NCBI GenBank assembly: GCA_043228905.1
Contig: JBHGNT010000004.1
Span: forward strand, 7,006,001 to 7,070,000
DNA: 64,000 bases
Direction of reading: 5' to 3'
Source of the DNA: Azolla caroliniana
Taxonomy: Eukaryota > Plantae > Polypodiophyta
Shown here: positions 12,158-25,483 of the stretch, piece by piece
Layout of the letters: each line of letters opens with the position of its first letter
Position numbering within the stretch: the stretch's first letter is position 1
The notes under the pieces: model-generated
Told to the model about the DNA's origin: nothing
What the model saw: the letters and a program-made list of their open reading frames with translations, nothing else
Database searches by the model: none
Program-made: the position numbers and the translations under genes

Positions 12158-15100
12158 GTCGTTGCCTTTGTTGTAACCGCCGCCTGTGGCGAAGATTTGT
12201 GAGCACGAGGTCGGTGCCTCAGTGAACTCACTGTTGTATATTCCTACATAGTGACAGTTTGCAGCCTGTGGGCTGCCGTGGTTTTTCCCCTAGTTTGGGG
12301 TTTTCCACGTAAACCTCCTGTGTATTCTCTTCTTCTTCTTGTCGTGTTTATTTCCCGTTTTCTGTGTATCATTCTAAGCTCGGTTGTGGCCGAGCGTCGC
12401 GCTTAAGGAACGTTGGGTTCCCGTCATGCTCTGAAAATAAAGAGCATATGTGAATCACTTGCTTCTATCAATGTGAAGGTAGAAGATGATGATAAGGTGG
12501 AAATATGCTTAAGAGGTTTAGGACCTCAATATAAAAGCTTCAAAACTTCTATTCTCACAAGGGATAACACCCCAAGTTTTCCAGATCTGGTTTCAATGCT
12601 TGTAGTAGAAGAAAGAAATCAAATGGATGATGTAAACAAAGGAAACTTAGAGAATGAGAGGTAAGCCCTCTACAATAGTCCTGGAAGAGACCGAGGAAGA
12701 GGCCATGGAAGATTTAGTTCAGCTAGAACCAACAATAATTATCAAGGAAGAGGACAAGAAGCCATTATTGGAAGAAACAACATCAGAGGCAGGGGAAGTA
12801 ATCGAGGCAGAGGTAAGCAAACCTATTTGAATGATGATGGTTGTTGGTATTGTGGAAAACCAGGCCACACACAAGCTGAATGCTATAAAAAACAAAATGA
12901 TGAGAAAAGAGGGAAGAGACAGCAAAATAATTATGCCTCAACTAGTGAAGATTGTGATAAAGATGGTGCATTTGTGATGCAACATGAAACAGCAGCAGTG
13001 GCCGAATGTTCACAGAGATGGAATGAAGAGTTTATGTGGTATGTAGATTCTAGGGCATCTAATCATATGACAGGACATAAAAACTGGTTTGAAAGTCTAA
13101 GAGAACCAGAGATTCCTGGTTATGTACAGACAAGTGATAATACTACTCACCAAATAGAGCATGTTGGAGATATCCCATTGTGGGAAGAAAAAGGGAAAAC
13201 AAAGTATATGCTAAATGTGATGCATGGTCCAAACCTTGCAAAAAATCTGATTTCTATTGGACAGATAATAGAGCAAGGAATGCAGGTTAAGTTTAAGCAA
13301 AGTGGATGCTTCATAAAGAAAAATGGAAAGCTCATTGCAAAAGGAAAACGAGAAGGAAGGATGTTTGCGTTAGATGTGGATATGCCTAGGAAGATTACAG
13401 CCATGTTTACAGAAGGAATGAGTGTAATCTCAGAAGTGGAAATGTGGCATAAAAGAATTGGTCACATAAGTATGCAAACATTGAAAAATATGTTGAGGAA
13501 AGATGTAGTGGTTGGACTGCCTAAGTTGAAAGACTGTGAGATGGGAAAAATATGTGAAGCATGTCAATATGGAAAGCAAAACAGGTTTCCTTTCCCTCAT
13601 GAAAGACATGTAAGCCAAAATTTGTTGGATTTGGTACATACAGATGTATGGGGACCAACAAAAATTGCATCAATTAGTGGATGTAAGTTTTATGTAACTT
13701 TCATTTATGATTGCTCAAGGAAAACATGGGTTTACTTCATGAAAGAAAAAAGTGAAGTATTTGATTGTTTCCATAAGTCTAAATGCATGGTAGAAAATCA
13801 GGTTGGAACTAAAATAAAGTGTTTAAGATTTGATGGAGGAGGAGAATACTTCTCAAATGAGTTTTCTGAGTTTCTATGTAATCAAGGGATAAGGAGACAG
13901 TTTACATGTAGATATACTCCACAGCAAAATGGAGTTGCTGAGAGGAAAAACAAAACTTTGGTGAACATAGCAAGAGCCTTAATGACAGAAAAAAATATGT
14001 CATTGTATTACTGGGCAGAAGCTGTAAACACATCAAACTATATCCTAAATAGATGTATAACATTTGGAGTACATGAAGTAACTCCTGAAGAATGTTTCTA
14101 TGGCAGAAAACCGAGTTTAGGACACTTAAAAGTGTTTGGATGCCTTGCCTATGTTCATGTACATGTTGAGGTGAGAAGTAAGCTTGAGCCAAAAGCTGAA
14201 AAATGTATTTTTGTTGGATATTCAGAGGAGCAAAAAGGGTATAGATACTATAACCCTTTGACAAAAAAGATTGTGGTAAGTCGGGATGTAATATTTGATG
14301 AGTTGGGTAGCTGGTACAACCCAAAACAAAATGTAGAAACTGATAAAGACTGTGAAAATGAAGACAAGGATAAATCTGAAAATGTAAGAGATAACCACAG
14401 AGATGGAAACAATGTTGGACAACAAAGTTCCACATCAATGGAATGTAATGGACCATCTAGAAGCTCAGGTAGTAAATCTGAATCTAATGCATGGAGTGGA
14501 AAACATGCAAGACACAAAAAATATGATGATAAAAAGGGGAAACAGAAGATGCCAGAATATGAAATGCTTGATGATGGGTCTAGAAACATGGAAGATGTAG
14601 ATTCAGATACATCATTGGATGATGAGCTTGGTATAGGAGTCCTGAAAATCCCTGGTATGAAAAAAGCAATGAAGGATGCAAATCAAAAACTAAGAAGATC
14701 AGATAGAGAGAAAAAGATTGTTGAAAGATTTGGCTATGACACATATATGGCTATGCATTATGCATACATGTCTAAAGTGGTACAAATCCCTGATCCAAAC
14801 AGCTTTGATGAAGCAAAAGTTGAGAAAAAATGGGTGAATGCAATGCAAGAAGAAATAGATGCATTGGCTGAAAACAGAACATGGGATTTGGTAAAGTTAT
14901 CGAAAAGAAAAAATGTGGTAGGTTGCAAATGGGTCTACAAGACAAAGCATGATTCTAATGGAAATGTTAGTAGACATAAAGCAAGACTTGTGGCAAAGGG
15001 ATATGCTCAAATGCAAGGAATTGATTATGATGAAACATTTGCACCGGTTGCAAAGATGGCAACCTTGAGAACACTACTTGTTGTGAGTGCAGCCAAAAGA

Positions 15101-15168
15101 TGGGTTCTGCACCATATGGATGTAAAAAATGCCTTTTTACATGGTAACTTAGAAGAAGTGTATGTGTC

Positions 15169-18100
15169 TGTTAAGAAAACGTGAAGAAGGCACTCGGGCT
15201 CTTCTTATGTGCGCGGCGGATCGTAGTGTGCTGGATCGTTAGCGTGCTCTAAACAGACAGAGAAAGGAAAGGGGACTTACCTCTGTAGTAGCAAAATGGT
15301 TTTCTTCTATTACATGTAGAGCTCAACTTGCTCTCGTCAGTCTTCTGGTCTCTCACTCTCTCTCAGAGTTCTCTACTCACTGTTCTCTGTTTTTTTCTTA
15401 CTGCTTACTTTTCTATTCACTCACACTTACTTTTACCTAAGTCATAAGTTATTACACATGCAGCTAATTAGCTGCCAGTAGCTAATTAGCTGTCAGTCGC
15501 TAAATAGCTGTTCACTAGCTAATTAGCTGTCACTAGCTAAATAGTTGTTTTACCTTTTTGTTCACTAGTAGCTAAATAGCTACTATAGCTTATTTCTCAT
15601 AAGCATCACATACCATGTTGAGCTTGCTTCTCAACACTCCCCCTCAAGCTCAACTTATTCTTGCTTGAGGTTCTCTTCAATCTTCTTTTCCATTTTGCTT
15701 TTTAGCCATCTCATCAATGTTTACAACTCCCATCATGTTCCGAAACTGTGTATGCTTTTCCACACTCAATCCCTTCGTAAGGATATCAGCAACCTGCTGA
15801 TTTGTATTCACATACACCAGATCAACTTCTCCTTCAATCACTTTTTCTCTAACAAAGTGATAATGCACTTCAATGTGCTTTGTTCTTGCATGGAACACAG
15901 GGTTCTTTGCAAGCTGAATGCTGCTCATATTGTCACACCAGATTGTGACAGCACCATCTATATATACTCCCAGATCAGCAAGCAGTCTTCTGATCCATAC
16001 TTCTTCACATGTGGCTATTGCAACCCCTCTATACTCAGCTTCTGTACTGGACAATGCAACAGTAGCCTGTTTCTTGCTACTCCATGAAATTCCTGCACTT
16101 CCCAAGGTAAACATGTATCCACTTGTGGATCTCCTGTCTGTTTGGCTTCCAGCCCAATCAGCATCTGTATATCCTTCCAGATTTATGTCTAGATCAGCCC
16201 TGTAAAACAATCCATAGTTCTGAGTAGCTTTTACATACCTCAGAATTCTTCTAATGCAGTCCAAATGTGGCTTTGTTGGCTGTTGCATAAACTGGCTGAC
16301 TAATCCAACAGCATAGCTCAAATCAGGTCTTGTTATAGTCAAATAAATAAGGCTGCCTACCATAGACCTGTACATGTTTACATCTTCTATCTTGGCTCCC
16401 AAATCAGCCCTCAACTTGCAGTTTTTATCAAGTGGTACAGCAATAGGTTTGCATCCAAGCATACCATACTTTTTCAACATAGTTGTTGCATACTGTTTTT
16501 GCAACATACATATACCACTTTCAGATCTGATGATTTCAATACCAAGAAAATATCTCAGATCTCCCAAATCTTTCATATGAAACTGCATTTCCAGATTTTT
16601 TTTCAACTTCCTTATTTCATCCACGGAATCTCCTCCAATAATCAAATCATCTACATAAATCAGAATAATAACAATGCAATCATTTTCACTTTTTACATAC
16701 AAAGAAGGATCAGCTTTTGACATTTTGAAACCAAGATTTTTCAGAGAATCTGACAGTTCTCTGTGCCATGCTCTTGGTGCCTGTTTCAGTCCATAGAGAG
16801 CTTTTTTCAGCTTACATACATAATCAGGATGTTTCTTATCTTCAAAACCTGGTGGTTGACTCATATACACTTCTTCTTCCAAGTTACCATGTAAAAAAGC
16901 ATTTTTTACATCCATGTGATGCAAAATCCATTTTCTGGCTGCTCCTACAGCAAGTAGTGTTCTCAAGGTTGCCATCTTTGCAACCGGTGCAAAAGTCTCA
17001 TCATAATCAATCCCTTGCATCTGGGCATATCCTTTTGCAACCAATCTTGCTTTATGTCTACTTACATTCCCATTGGAGTCATGCTTTGTCTTGTAGACCC
17101 ATTTGCAGCCTACCACATTTTTCTCTTTTGGTAACTTCACTAAATCCCACGTTTTGTTCTCAGCCAACGCATCAATCTCTTCTTGCATTGCATCCATCCA
17201 TTTCTTCTCAGATTTTGCTTCTTCAAAGCTGTTTGGGTCAGGGATCTGTACCACCTTAGACATATATGCATAGTGCATAGCCATATATGTATCATACCCA
17301 AATCTTTCCACAGTCTTTTTCTCTCTATCTGATCTTCTCAGTTTCTGATTTGCATTCTTTATTGCCTTTTCCATACCAGGGATTTTCATTTCCTGTATTC
17401 CAAGGAAATCATCCAAAGACATATCTAAATCTTCATCTTCCATGTTTTTTGATAGGTCATTCGGGATTTCATACTCTGGCATTTTCTGTTTTCCTTTTTT
17501 GTCATCAGATTTTTTCTGTCCAGTTTTTCCACTCCAGGAATTTGAATCAGATTTACCATCTGAGCTTTTTGATGGTCCAGAACATTCTGTTGATGTTGGA
17601 CTTTGCTGTCCAACCTTGTCTCCATCTCTGTGACAGTCTTCTACATTTTCTGATCTGTCTTTGTCTTCATCTTGACAGTCTTCATCAGTCTCTAGATTCT
17701 GTTTTGGGCTGTACCAACTAGCCAACTCATCAAATATCACATCTCGACTTGTCACAATCTTTTTAGTCACAAGGTTATAACATCTGTACCCTTTTTGTTC
17801 TTCTGAATATCCAACAAAGATACATTTTTCTGCTTTTGGATCCAACTTACTTCTTACTTCTGCAGGCACATGTACATATGCAAGGCATCCAAACACTTTC
17901 AAGTGTTGTAAGCTAGGCTTCCTGCCATAAAAACACTCTTCAGGAGTTGCCTCATGTACTCCTGATGTAATACATCTATTTAAAATGTAATTTGCTGTAT
18001 TTACAGCTTCTGCCCAATAGTATAATGGCATGTTCTTCTCAGTCATCATTGCCCTTGCTATGTTCACCAAAGTTCTGTTTTTTCTCTCAGCAACTCCATT

Positions 18101-20601
18101 TTGCTGTGGAGTATATCGGCATGTGAACTGTCTTCTTATTCCCTGATTGCACAAAAAATCAGAAAATTCATTGGAGAAATACTCTCCTCCTCCATCAGAT
18201 CTCAAACATTTTATCCTTGTACCAGCCTGCTTTTCTACCATGCATTTAAACTTACGAAAACAGTCAAATACTTCACTTTTCTCCTTCATGAAGTACACCC
18301 ATGTCTTCCGTGAACAATCATCAATAAATGTAACATAAAATCTGCATCCACCAATAGATGCATTCTTTGTTGGTCCCCATACATCTGTATGTACCAAATC
18401 CAACAGATTTTTGCTTACATGTCTCTCATGAGGGAATGGCAACCTGTTTTGCTTACCATATTGACATGCTTCACATACTTTTCCCATTTCACACTTTTTC
18501 AAGTTTGGCAGTCCAGCCACTGCATCTTTTCTCAACATATTCTTTAATGTTTGCATACTTATATGGCCAATCCTTTTATGCCACATTTCCACATCTGAGA
18601 TTACACTCGTTCCATTTGCAAACATGGCTGAAATCTGTTTGGGCATTTCTACATCCAAGATAAACATTCTTCCTTGTCTCTTCCCTTTTGCAATGAGCTT
18701 CCCATTCTTTTCTATATAGCATCCACTTTGCTTAAACTTCACTTGCATACCTTGCTCTACAATCTGTCCAACAGAAATCAGATTCTTAGCAAGGTTTGGA
18801 ACATGCATCACATTCAACATATACTTGGTTTTTCCTCTTTCTTCCCACAATGGGATATCTCCAACATGTTTTATTTGGTGAGTTGTGTCATCACCTGTTT
18901 GTACATAACCAGGAACCTCTGGTTCTCTTAAACTCTCAAACCAATTTGCATGTCCAGTCATATGGTTAGATGCCCCCGAGTCTACATACCACGTAAACTC
19001 TTCATTACATTTCTGTGAGCTTTCAGCCACTGCTGCTATCTCATGTTGCACTGCAAAAACACCTTCCTTTTCACAATCTTCACTAGTAGAGGCATAGTTA
19101 CTCTGTTGTCCTTTTCCTCTTTTCTCATCATTTTGTTTCTTGTAACATTCAGCCTGTGTATGGCCTGGTTTACCACAATACTAGCAGCCATCATCATTTA
19201 CATAAGTTTGCTTACCTCTACCTCGGTTGCTCCCCCTGCCTCTGTTGTTGTTTCCTCCTCTATGAGCTTGTTGTCCTCTTCCTTGAAAGCCATTATTATT
19301 GGTTCTTCCTGAGCCAAATCTTCCATGGCCTCTTCCGGCATTATTATAGAGAGCTTGCCCCTCGTTCTCTGAGTTTCCTTTATTTGCATCATCCATCTGA
19401 TTCCTTTCCTCTACCACAAGCATTGAGACCAGATCTGAAAAACTTGGGATACTATCCCTTGTGAGCATAGAAGTTTTAAAACTCTTGTATTGAGGTCCTA
19501 AGCCTCTTAAGCATATTTCCACTTTGTCATCATCTTCTGTCTTCACATTGATAGAAGCAAGTGATTCACATATACTCTTGATTTTTAGGGCATATTCATT
19601 TATTGACATCTTACCTTTTTCTAAGGTATTTAGCTCAGTCTTTAACTGGAGCTTTCTAGCCTTTGTGTTCACAGCAAACAGTTTTACCAAGTTGTCCCAA
19701 GCTTCTTTTGGGAGCCTAGCATCTTGTATATGCCCAAGCATTGAATCTGAGATGCTGAGTGATAGCCAATGCATTACTTTCCTTGCCCCTTGATTCCAAT
19801 CTTTAAATGCCTTAATATGTGCAGCTGTTGCATTCTCTTCTGGGATCTCTGGAGCCTCTTCTAGGTCTCCTTCAATGTAATCCCAGTATCCTTTCCCCAT
19901 CAGAAAGTTTGTCATTCTGAATTTCCACGCCGGGAAATTGTTTTTATCTAGTTTCTCTGTGACCATTTGGCCTACATTCTCTGCAGCCATTTTTTTCCTT
20001 CCAAAGACCAGGGTTTTGCTTTAGTTACTTCAACAAGTAACTTTCTGATTTCTGATCAGCAACCAGAGAAATAACTTTCTCAGATTAAGGCACTGCTATA
20101 CTCTTCCTTACGAGCTACTCTGCTCTGATACCATGTTAAGAAAACGTGAAGAAGGCACTCAGGCTCTTCTTATGTGCGCGGCGGATCGTAGTGTGCTGGA
20201 TCGTTAGCGTGCTCTAAACAGACAGAGAAAGGAAAGGGGACTTACCTCTGTAGTAGCAAAATGGTTTTCTTCTATTACATGTAGAGCTCAACTTGCTCTC
20301 GTCAGTCTTCTGGTCTCTCACTCTCTCTCAGAGTTCTCTACTTACTGTTCTCTGTTTTTTTCTTACTGCTTACTTTTCTATTCACTCACACTTACTTTTA
20401 CCTAAGTCATAAGTTATTACACATGCAGCTAATTAGCTGCCAGTAGCTAATTAGCTGTCAGTCGCTAAATAGCTGTTCACTAGCTAATTAGCTGTCACTA
20501 GCTAAATAGTTGTTTTACCTTTTTGTTCACTAGTAGCTAAATAGCTACTATAGCTTATTTCTCATAAGCATCACATACCATGTTGAGCTTGCTTCTCAAC
20601 A
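15169..20601 (-). mobile_element. Young full-length Ty1/copia element F, inserted antisense into the RT of its relative C
   Basis: 468-bp LTRs 15169-15636 and 20134-20601 (two differences seen); TSD GTGTC; tRNA-Met PBS 20122-20133; PPT just inside 15637. Confidence 0.97.
15677..19990 (-). pseudogene. gag-pol: Copia gag-pol of F with one TGG>TAG stop in the zinc knuckle (19181-19183)
   Basis: Gag and pol ORFs share a frame. C reads DDGCWYCGKPGH where F reads DDGC*YCGKPGH. PR, INT, RT and RH motifs are intact. Confidence 0.93.
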
Positions 20602-22849
20602 GTGTCAACCACCAGGTTTTGAATATAGGAAGCATCCTGAATATGTTTGTAAGCTGAAAAAGGCTCTCTATGGACTGAAACAAGCACCGAGAGCATGGCA
20701 CAGGAAACTTTCAAAATCTCTAAAAAAAATTGTTGTCAAAATGTCAAAGGTTGATCCATCATTATATGTAAAGAAGATAAATGATTGCATTGTTGTGATC
20801 TTGATATATGTTGATTATCTAATCATTGGAGGTGATTCTATGGAAGAGATAAGTAAGTTGAAGAAAAATCTGGAAATGCAATTTCATATGAAGGATTTGG
20901 GAGAGCTGAGATACTTTCTTGGCATTGAGATGATAAGATCTTAGAGTGGTATATATATGTTGCAAAAACAGTATGCAACAACTATGTTGAAGAAGTATGG
21001 TATGCTTGGATGCAAACCTATTGGTATACCACTAGATAAGAACTACAAATTGAGGCTTGATTTGGGAGCCAAAATAGAATATGTAAACATGTACAAGTTT
21101 ATGGTGGGCAACCTCATATATTTGACCATAACAAGACCTAATTTGAGTTATGTTGTTGGATTAGTCAGCTAGTTTATGCAATAGCCAACAAAGCCACATT
21201 TGGACTGCATAAGAAGAATTCTGAGGTATGTAAAAGCTACTCAAAATTATGGATTGTTTTACAGGGCTAATCTGGACACAAAGCTGGAAGGATATACAGA
21301 TGTTGATTGGGCCGGAAGCCAAACTGACAGAAGATCCACAAGTGGATATATGTTTACATTAGGAAGTGCAACTATTTCATGGAGTAGCAAGAAACAAGCT
21401 ATTGTTGCATTGTCAAGTACTGAAGCTAAGTATAGAGGAGCTGCAATAGCTACCTGTGAAGAGGTATGGATCAAAAGATTGCTTTTTGATTTGGGAGAAT
21501 ATATAGATGGTGTATGTCACAATTTGGTGTGACAATATGAGCAACATTCAGCTGGCAAAAAACCCAGTGTTCCATGCAAGAACAAAGCACATTGAAGTGC
21601 ATTATCACTTTGTTAGAGAAAAAGTGATTGATGGAGAAGTGGATCTGTTGTATGTAAGTACAAATCAGCAAGTGGCTGATATTCTCGCAAAGGGATTAAG
21701 CATGGAAAAACATACATAGTTTGGAGACATGATGGGAGTCATAACCATTGGCATGGTAGTAGAAAAGATTGAACATGATCCAAAGAAAGGATAAGTTGAG
21801 CTTGAGGGGGAGTGTTGAGAAGCAAGCTCAACAAAGGTATGTGATGCTTATTGAGAAATAAGTTATAGTAGCTATTAGCTAATTAGCTACTAGTGGACAT
21901 AAAGGTGAAACAACTATTTAGCTATGCACAACTATTTAGCTACAGGCAGCTAATTAGCTACATATATAAGTCATTTATGTACTTAGGTAAAAAGTAAGTG
22001 TAGTAAGTAGAAAAGTAAGAGTAAGAGTGAGAGTAGTGTAGAGAGTAAGAATAGAAAACAGAAAACAGACAAGAGCGAGTTGAGCTCTGCGTGTAATGAA
22101 GTAGAAGCTTTTTGGACTGTGCAGAGGTAACCCTCCTTCCCCTTCCCCTTCCCCTTTTCGGTCTTGAGCACTGAACGATCCAACATTGAACGATCCGTTG
22201 TGCACACAAAAGAGCCGTAGCGCCTTCGTAACACTTACCACAAAGTATAGAGCCCTTTTAGGGATCTGATACTACAATGACCACAAACTCAATGCCACCA
22301 TGCACACCAATTGAAATGGCAAATATGATGATATGTGCCTTGCAAAGATCTCTCTCTTCATGGTTGAGATTTTGTGACTTCTCTAGCACTGTCAATTGCC
22401 ACAAAAGGAATCCTTTTAACTTTACAACATATTTTCTCACCCTAACTTGCGAATCAAAAGTGAAGGCATTTCAAATATTCCAATTGAACCATAACCCCCA
22501 ATACTTCAAGAACTCAAAAATAATTTTGAAATGAGGCATCGACTCATTGTTCTCCATATGTGCAAAAAACCCAATTGAAGGAAGATAGGCTTACTTCAGT
22601 TAGAGAAGTCCATACTAAATTGATACACCTCCAAACAATCCTAGCCATCAAGCATGAAACCACCAGGTCATGGGCTTATGAAAACCCCATATCTTTATAA
22701 CCCTTTCTTTCATCCACTTATATTTGTCTATCAACTTGTGATAAGCATTGTTTGTTGAGATAATATTCAATCTCCTATTTCCAACAAACGTCCAATCAAA
22801 CTCTTGAGATCCCCCATCTAAATCATGACTTGGCTCATATAATGATAGT

Positions 22850-23000
22850 ATTTATAGGCTTTCCACGCATCTTTGTTCAAACCCAATCCTTGCACAAATT
22901 TCTCCCATAGTCATAATGTGCACTCTTAGTTGCGACAAACATTAGTAAAGTTCTACATACATTACGTGAAAATGATAGGTCATATTTGACCTCTGAAGAC

Positions 23001-23069
<69 letters not shown>

Positions 23070-23591
23070 TTTTGCAACGCCAATGTATCATGACATGGGA
23101 CAAATGTGGTGGCTCACGCTTCACACATTATACTACAAATGTTGCACCTAACTACAAAACCATATTCTTCACAGAACGGGGAAGCCGTACACATCGATAC
23201 ATGTTAGAGCCCATCCCGATATCTGCCATTCGAACCATTGCTTCCATCCGACTTAGCTCGCATGCATTAAGATGTGAGATGGGGCGTTGGGGCACAAGTG
23301 ATGAGAGTGGCCGACTATGCACACTTTGCCCTAAACAAGTTCAAGAGTCTGAGTATCACACTTTGATACAATGCTCTACCTTTGATCATATTCAACCATG
23401 CTTTCCACATCTCTTCGATCAAGCCCAATCCTTGCACGAATTTCTCTCACAACCACGATGTGCACTCTCGATTGCAACATTCATTGGTAAAGTTCTTGAA
23501 AATCGAGAGTCGCTACTCACCTTCACACATATCACATGAAATGTAATATTTTTGGTCTCATAGGTCATATTTGACCTCCGAAGACGATAAT

Positions 23592-23649
<58 letters not shown>
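22850..23649 (+). mobile_element. Two tandem 5'-truncated LINE 3' ends, each finishing in (CT)n
   Basis: C-terminal motif RLSSHALRCEMGRW...RLCTLC...ESEYHTLIQC (23072-23539). Shared tail AGGTCATATTTGACCT.GAAGACGATAAT followed by (CT)n at about 23005-23066 and 23596-23649. Confidence 0.75.
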
Positions 23650-23652
<3 letters not shown>

Positions 23653-24250
23653 TTTATTATCACTTCCTTTTTCAACAATCTCTTTGGCTCTTTCCATGAG
23701 AACAATTGATTGAAACAAGAATGGTTCGATGGTGCACACGTCTCCTAGGCATAGGGGTTTTGTAAAGGAAGGCAGGCAAGCAAGGACGTTCTTCGACGAC
23801 CGAGGGGGGAGGGGTCTTCGAGCTGTCCGAATTAAACTGACTTTCTCCTCCGATGTCCCCCGATTGGATGAACACCTAAAACTTTCTCAGTCCCTCTTCT
23901 CCGATGATGATGCTCTAGGCATGATGTGTGTGTGTGTGTGGCACACGGGTTCGCCATACCATCGTGATTGCTGGCGGGCAGGCGCCTCCTCCTCGACCTG
24001 ACCTGGGTAGGAGTGCCACGTCAGCCCTAATCATGGCAAGACTTACCCCCACCCCCCACCCCCACCCCATCATCATCGTCATTTACGAAGTTCCAAGATT
24101 GTTCCTCTCTGTCTCTCTTGTCTGTCTGTCTGTCTGCCTGCCTGCCTGCCTGCCTGAAATGATTCCATAGCTATATTCGTGGTCTGTGTTTTGGCGACCT
24201 GCTCTATCCCCCCCCGGCCCACCTCAAGAGCCTTCCCCTGCGAGACATCC

Positions 24251-25483
24251 ATGAGCTTCACTTCTGCCGAGAAGCACTATGGATCATCATCCCGCCGAGG
24301 TTCTTGTTGATGCTTCCCTGGAGGAGCAAGATTGGGGTATGCTTTCTCGCTTCGCTTCCTTTCTGTTGTTTTTCTTCTGTTCTGCCGTGGCTTCTATGGG
24401 TCAAGAATCTTTGCGAAAGTCATACCGGATTCCTTCTTTGAACAAAGTTTTCATTGCCACGGAACGATGTACTGCAAGAAATGGAGACGCGGTAGTGCGG
24501 AGATACATCAGAAATCTGTCTTGTCTTTCTTTAGTCTTATATGAATGTAAAAGTCTTGCTATTGATGTTATTTCATAGCCTTCAACAGACTCTTCTTGGA
24601 ACGAAAGTCAGATATGGATTCGTTTCTTTTCTTCCATGTGGCTTCAGCTTAGAACTCGTGGCTTTGGCAGTTGGATGTTGAACTTTTTATTTGGCAGATA
24701 AAATGATCTGCATAGAGGTGATCCTTCTAGCTCAAGCTTAAAAGAAAGAAAGAAACAGACTAGTTCAGATCTGCTTATCTGCAATGTCAAAGTGTGACTT
24801 TGCTGTTGACTTTAGAACTTTGGAAAGAACCGTTAATCATGAAGTAAACAAGACCATGTGAGAACCTGAAAATGATTGTCCAGGAAAATTGCAGTTCAGT
24901 TTAGAACCTCAAAATGATAATTCTAGTTTAAGAAGCTCAAGTTTTCTTCTCTTGCTTCGACATATCACCACCAAAACCACAAACATTATTTTGTTCTCTT
25001 GAAGAATCCAACTCTGCAGAAACACTGCAGAAATATTTTAAGGTAGTAGTTTTTTTGTCTGACTGCAGATGCAGATGACTTTGAAATTCCAACTTTAAAA
25101 CCAGAGAAGGATCAACCCTCTGAAGATGCTAAAAGTGTCAAAGTTGATTTAGTTAGAAAGGTATTGCAATTGCTAAAACTTACAAAGATAATATCTTCTT
25201 TGCATTCTTACTGATAATGAAAATGTATGATGTGAATTGATACAAACAGGATAAGGTTGAAACGGGAACGATTTACCTTGGACCCCATGGAGCTCCACCA
25301 TCTCAACTGAAACAACAAGAGCAGAATTCTGCTAGTACAAAGAAGAGCAAAAACAAACAAAAGCCCAAAGAAGCAGATAAGAAAGGTCATAATGTAGGAA
25401 GAGAGATTAAAGTAGATGCTGTTCGAGATCCTACTGGTAGCAAAGGATATCATCAAAGTCCTAGAGGGAATCAAAGTGGATAG
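24251..25483 (+). CDS. Small uncharacterised protein, about 124 aa; exons 24251-24299, 25069-25160, 25250-25483
   Basis: GT-AG introns with matching phases (1, 0) give MSFTSAEKHYGSSSRRDADDFEIPTL...IYLGPHGAPPSQ...KEAD...*. I recall the YLGPHGAPPS motif from uncharacterised plant proteins (not verified). Exon 1 is the least certain. Confidence 0.7.

Larger units (their letters stand above)
6046..12426 (+). mobile_element. Solo LTR E (about 826 bp without the nested element D), inserted in the gag of C
   Basis: TG...CA termini; 5-bp TSD TGCTC at 6041-6045 and 12427-12431; TATAAAT about 6486; GCCGTGGTTTTTCCC...GGGTTTTCCACGTAAA motif common in plant LTRs; no coding region. Confidence 0.85.
5867..22240 (+). 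mobile_element. Host Ty1/copia element C, split by nested insertions; 3' LTR 21813-22240
   Basis: Gag 5867-6045 resumes at 12427 (TSD TGCTC). Pol about 12827-15168 resumes at 20602 (TSD GTGTC) and runs to about 21790. PPT then TGTTGAGAAG at 21813. Same family as element F. Confidence 0.9.

Noticed and set aside
22250-22850. Possible decayed retroelement pol fragment
   Set aside because: Only faint motif traces and no boundaries; not supportable by eye.
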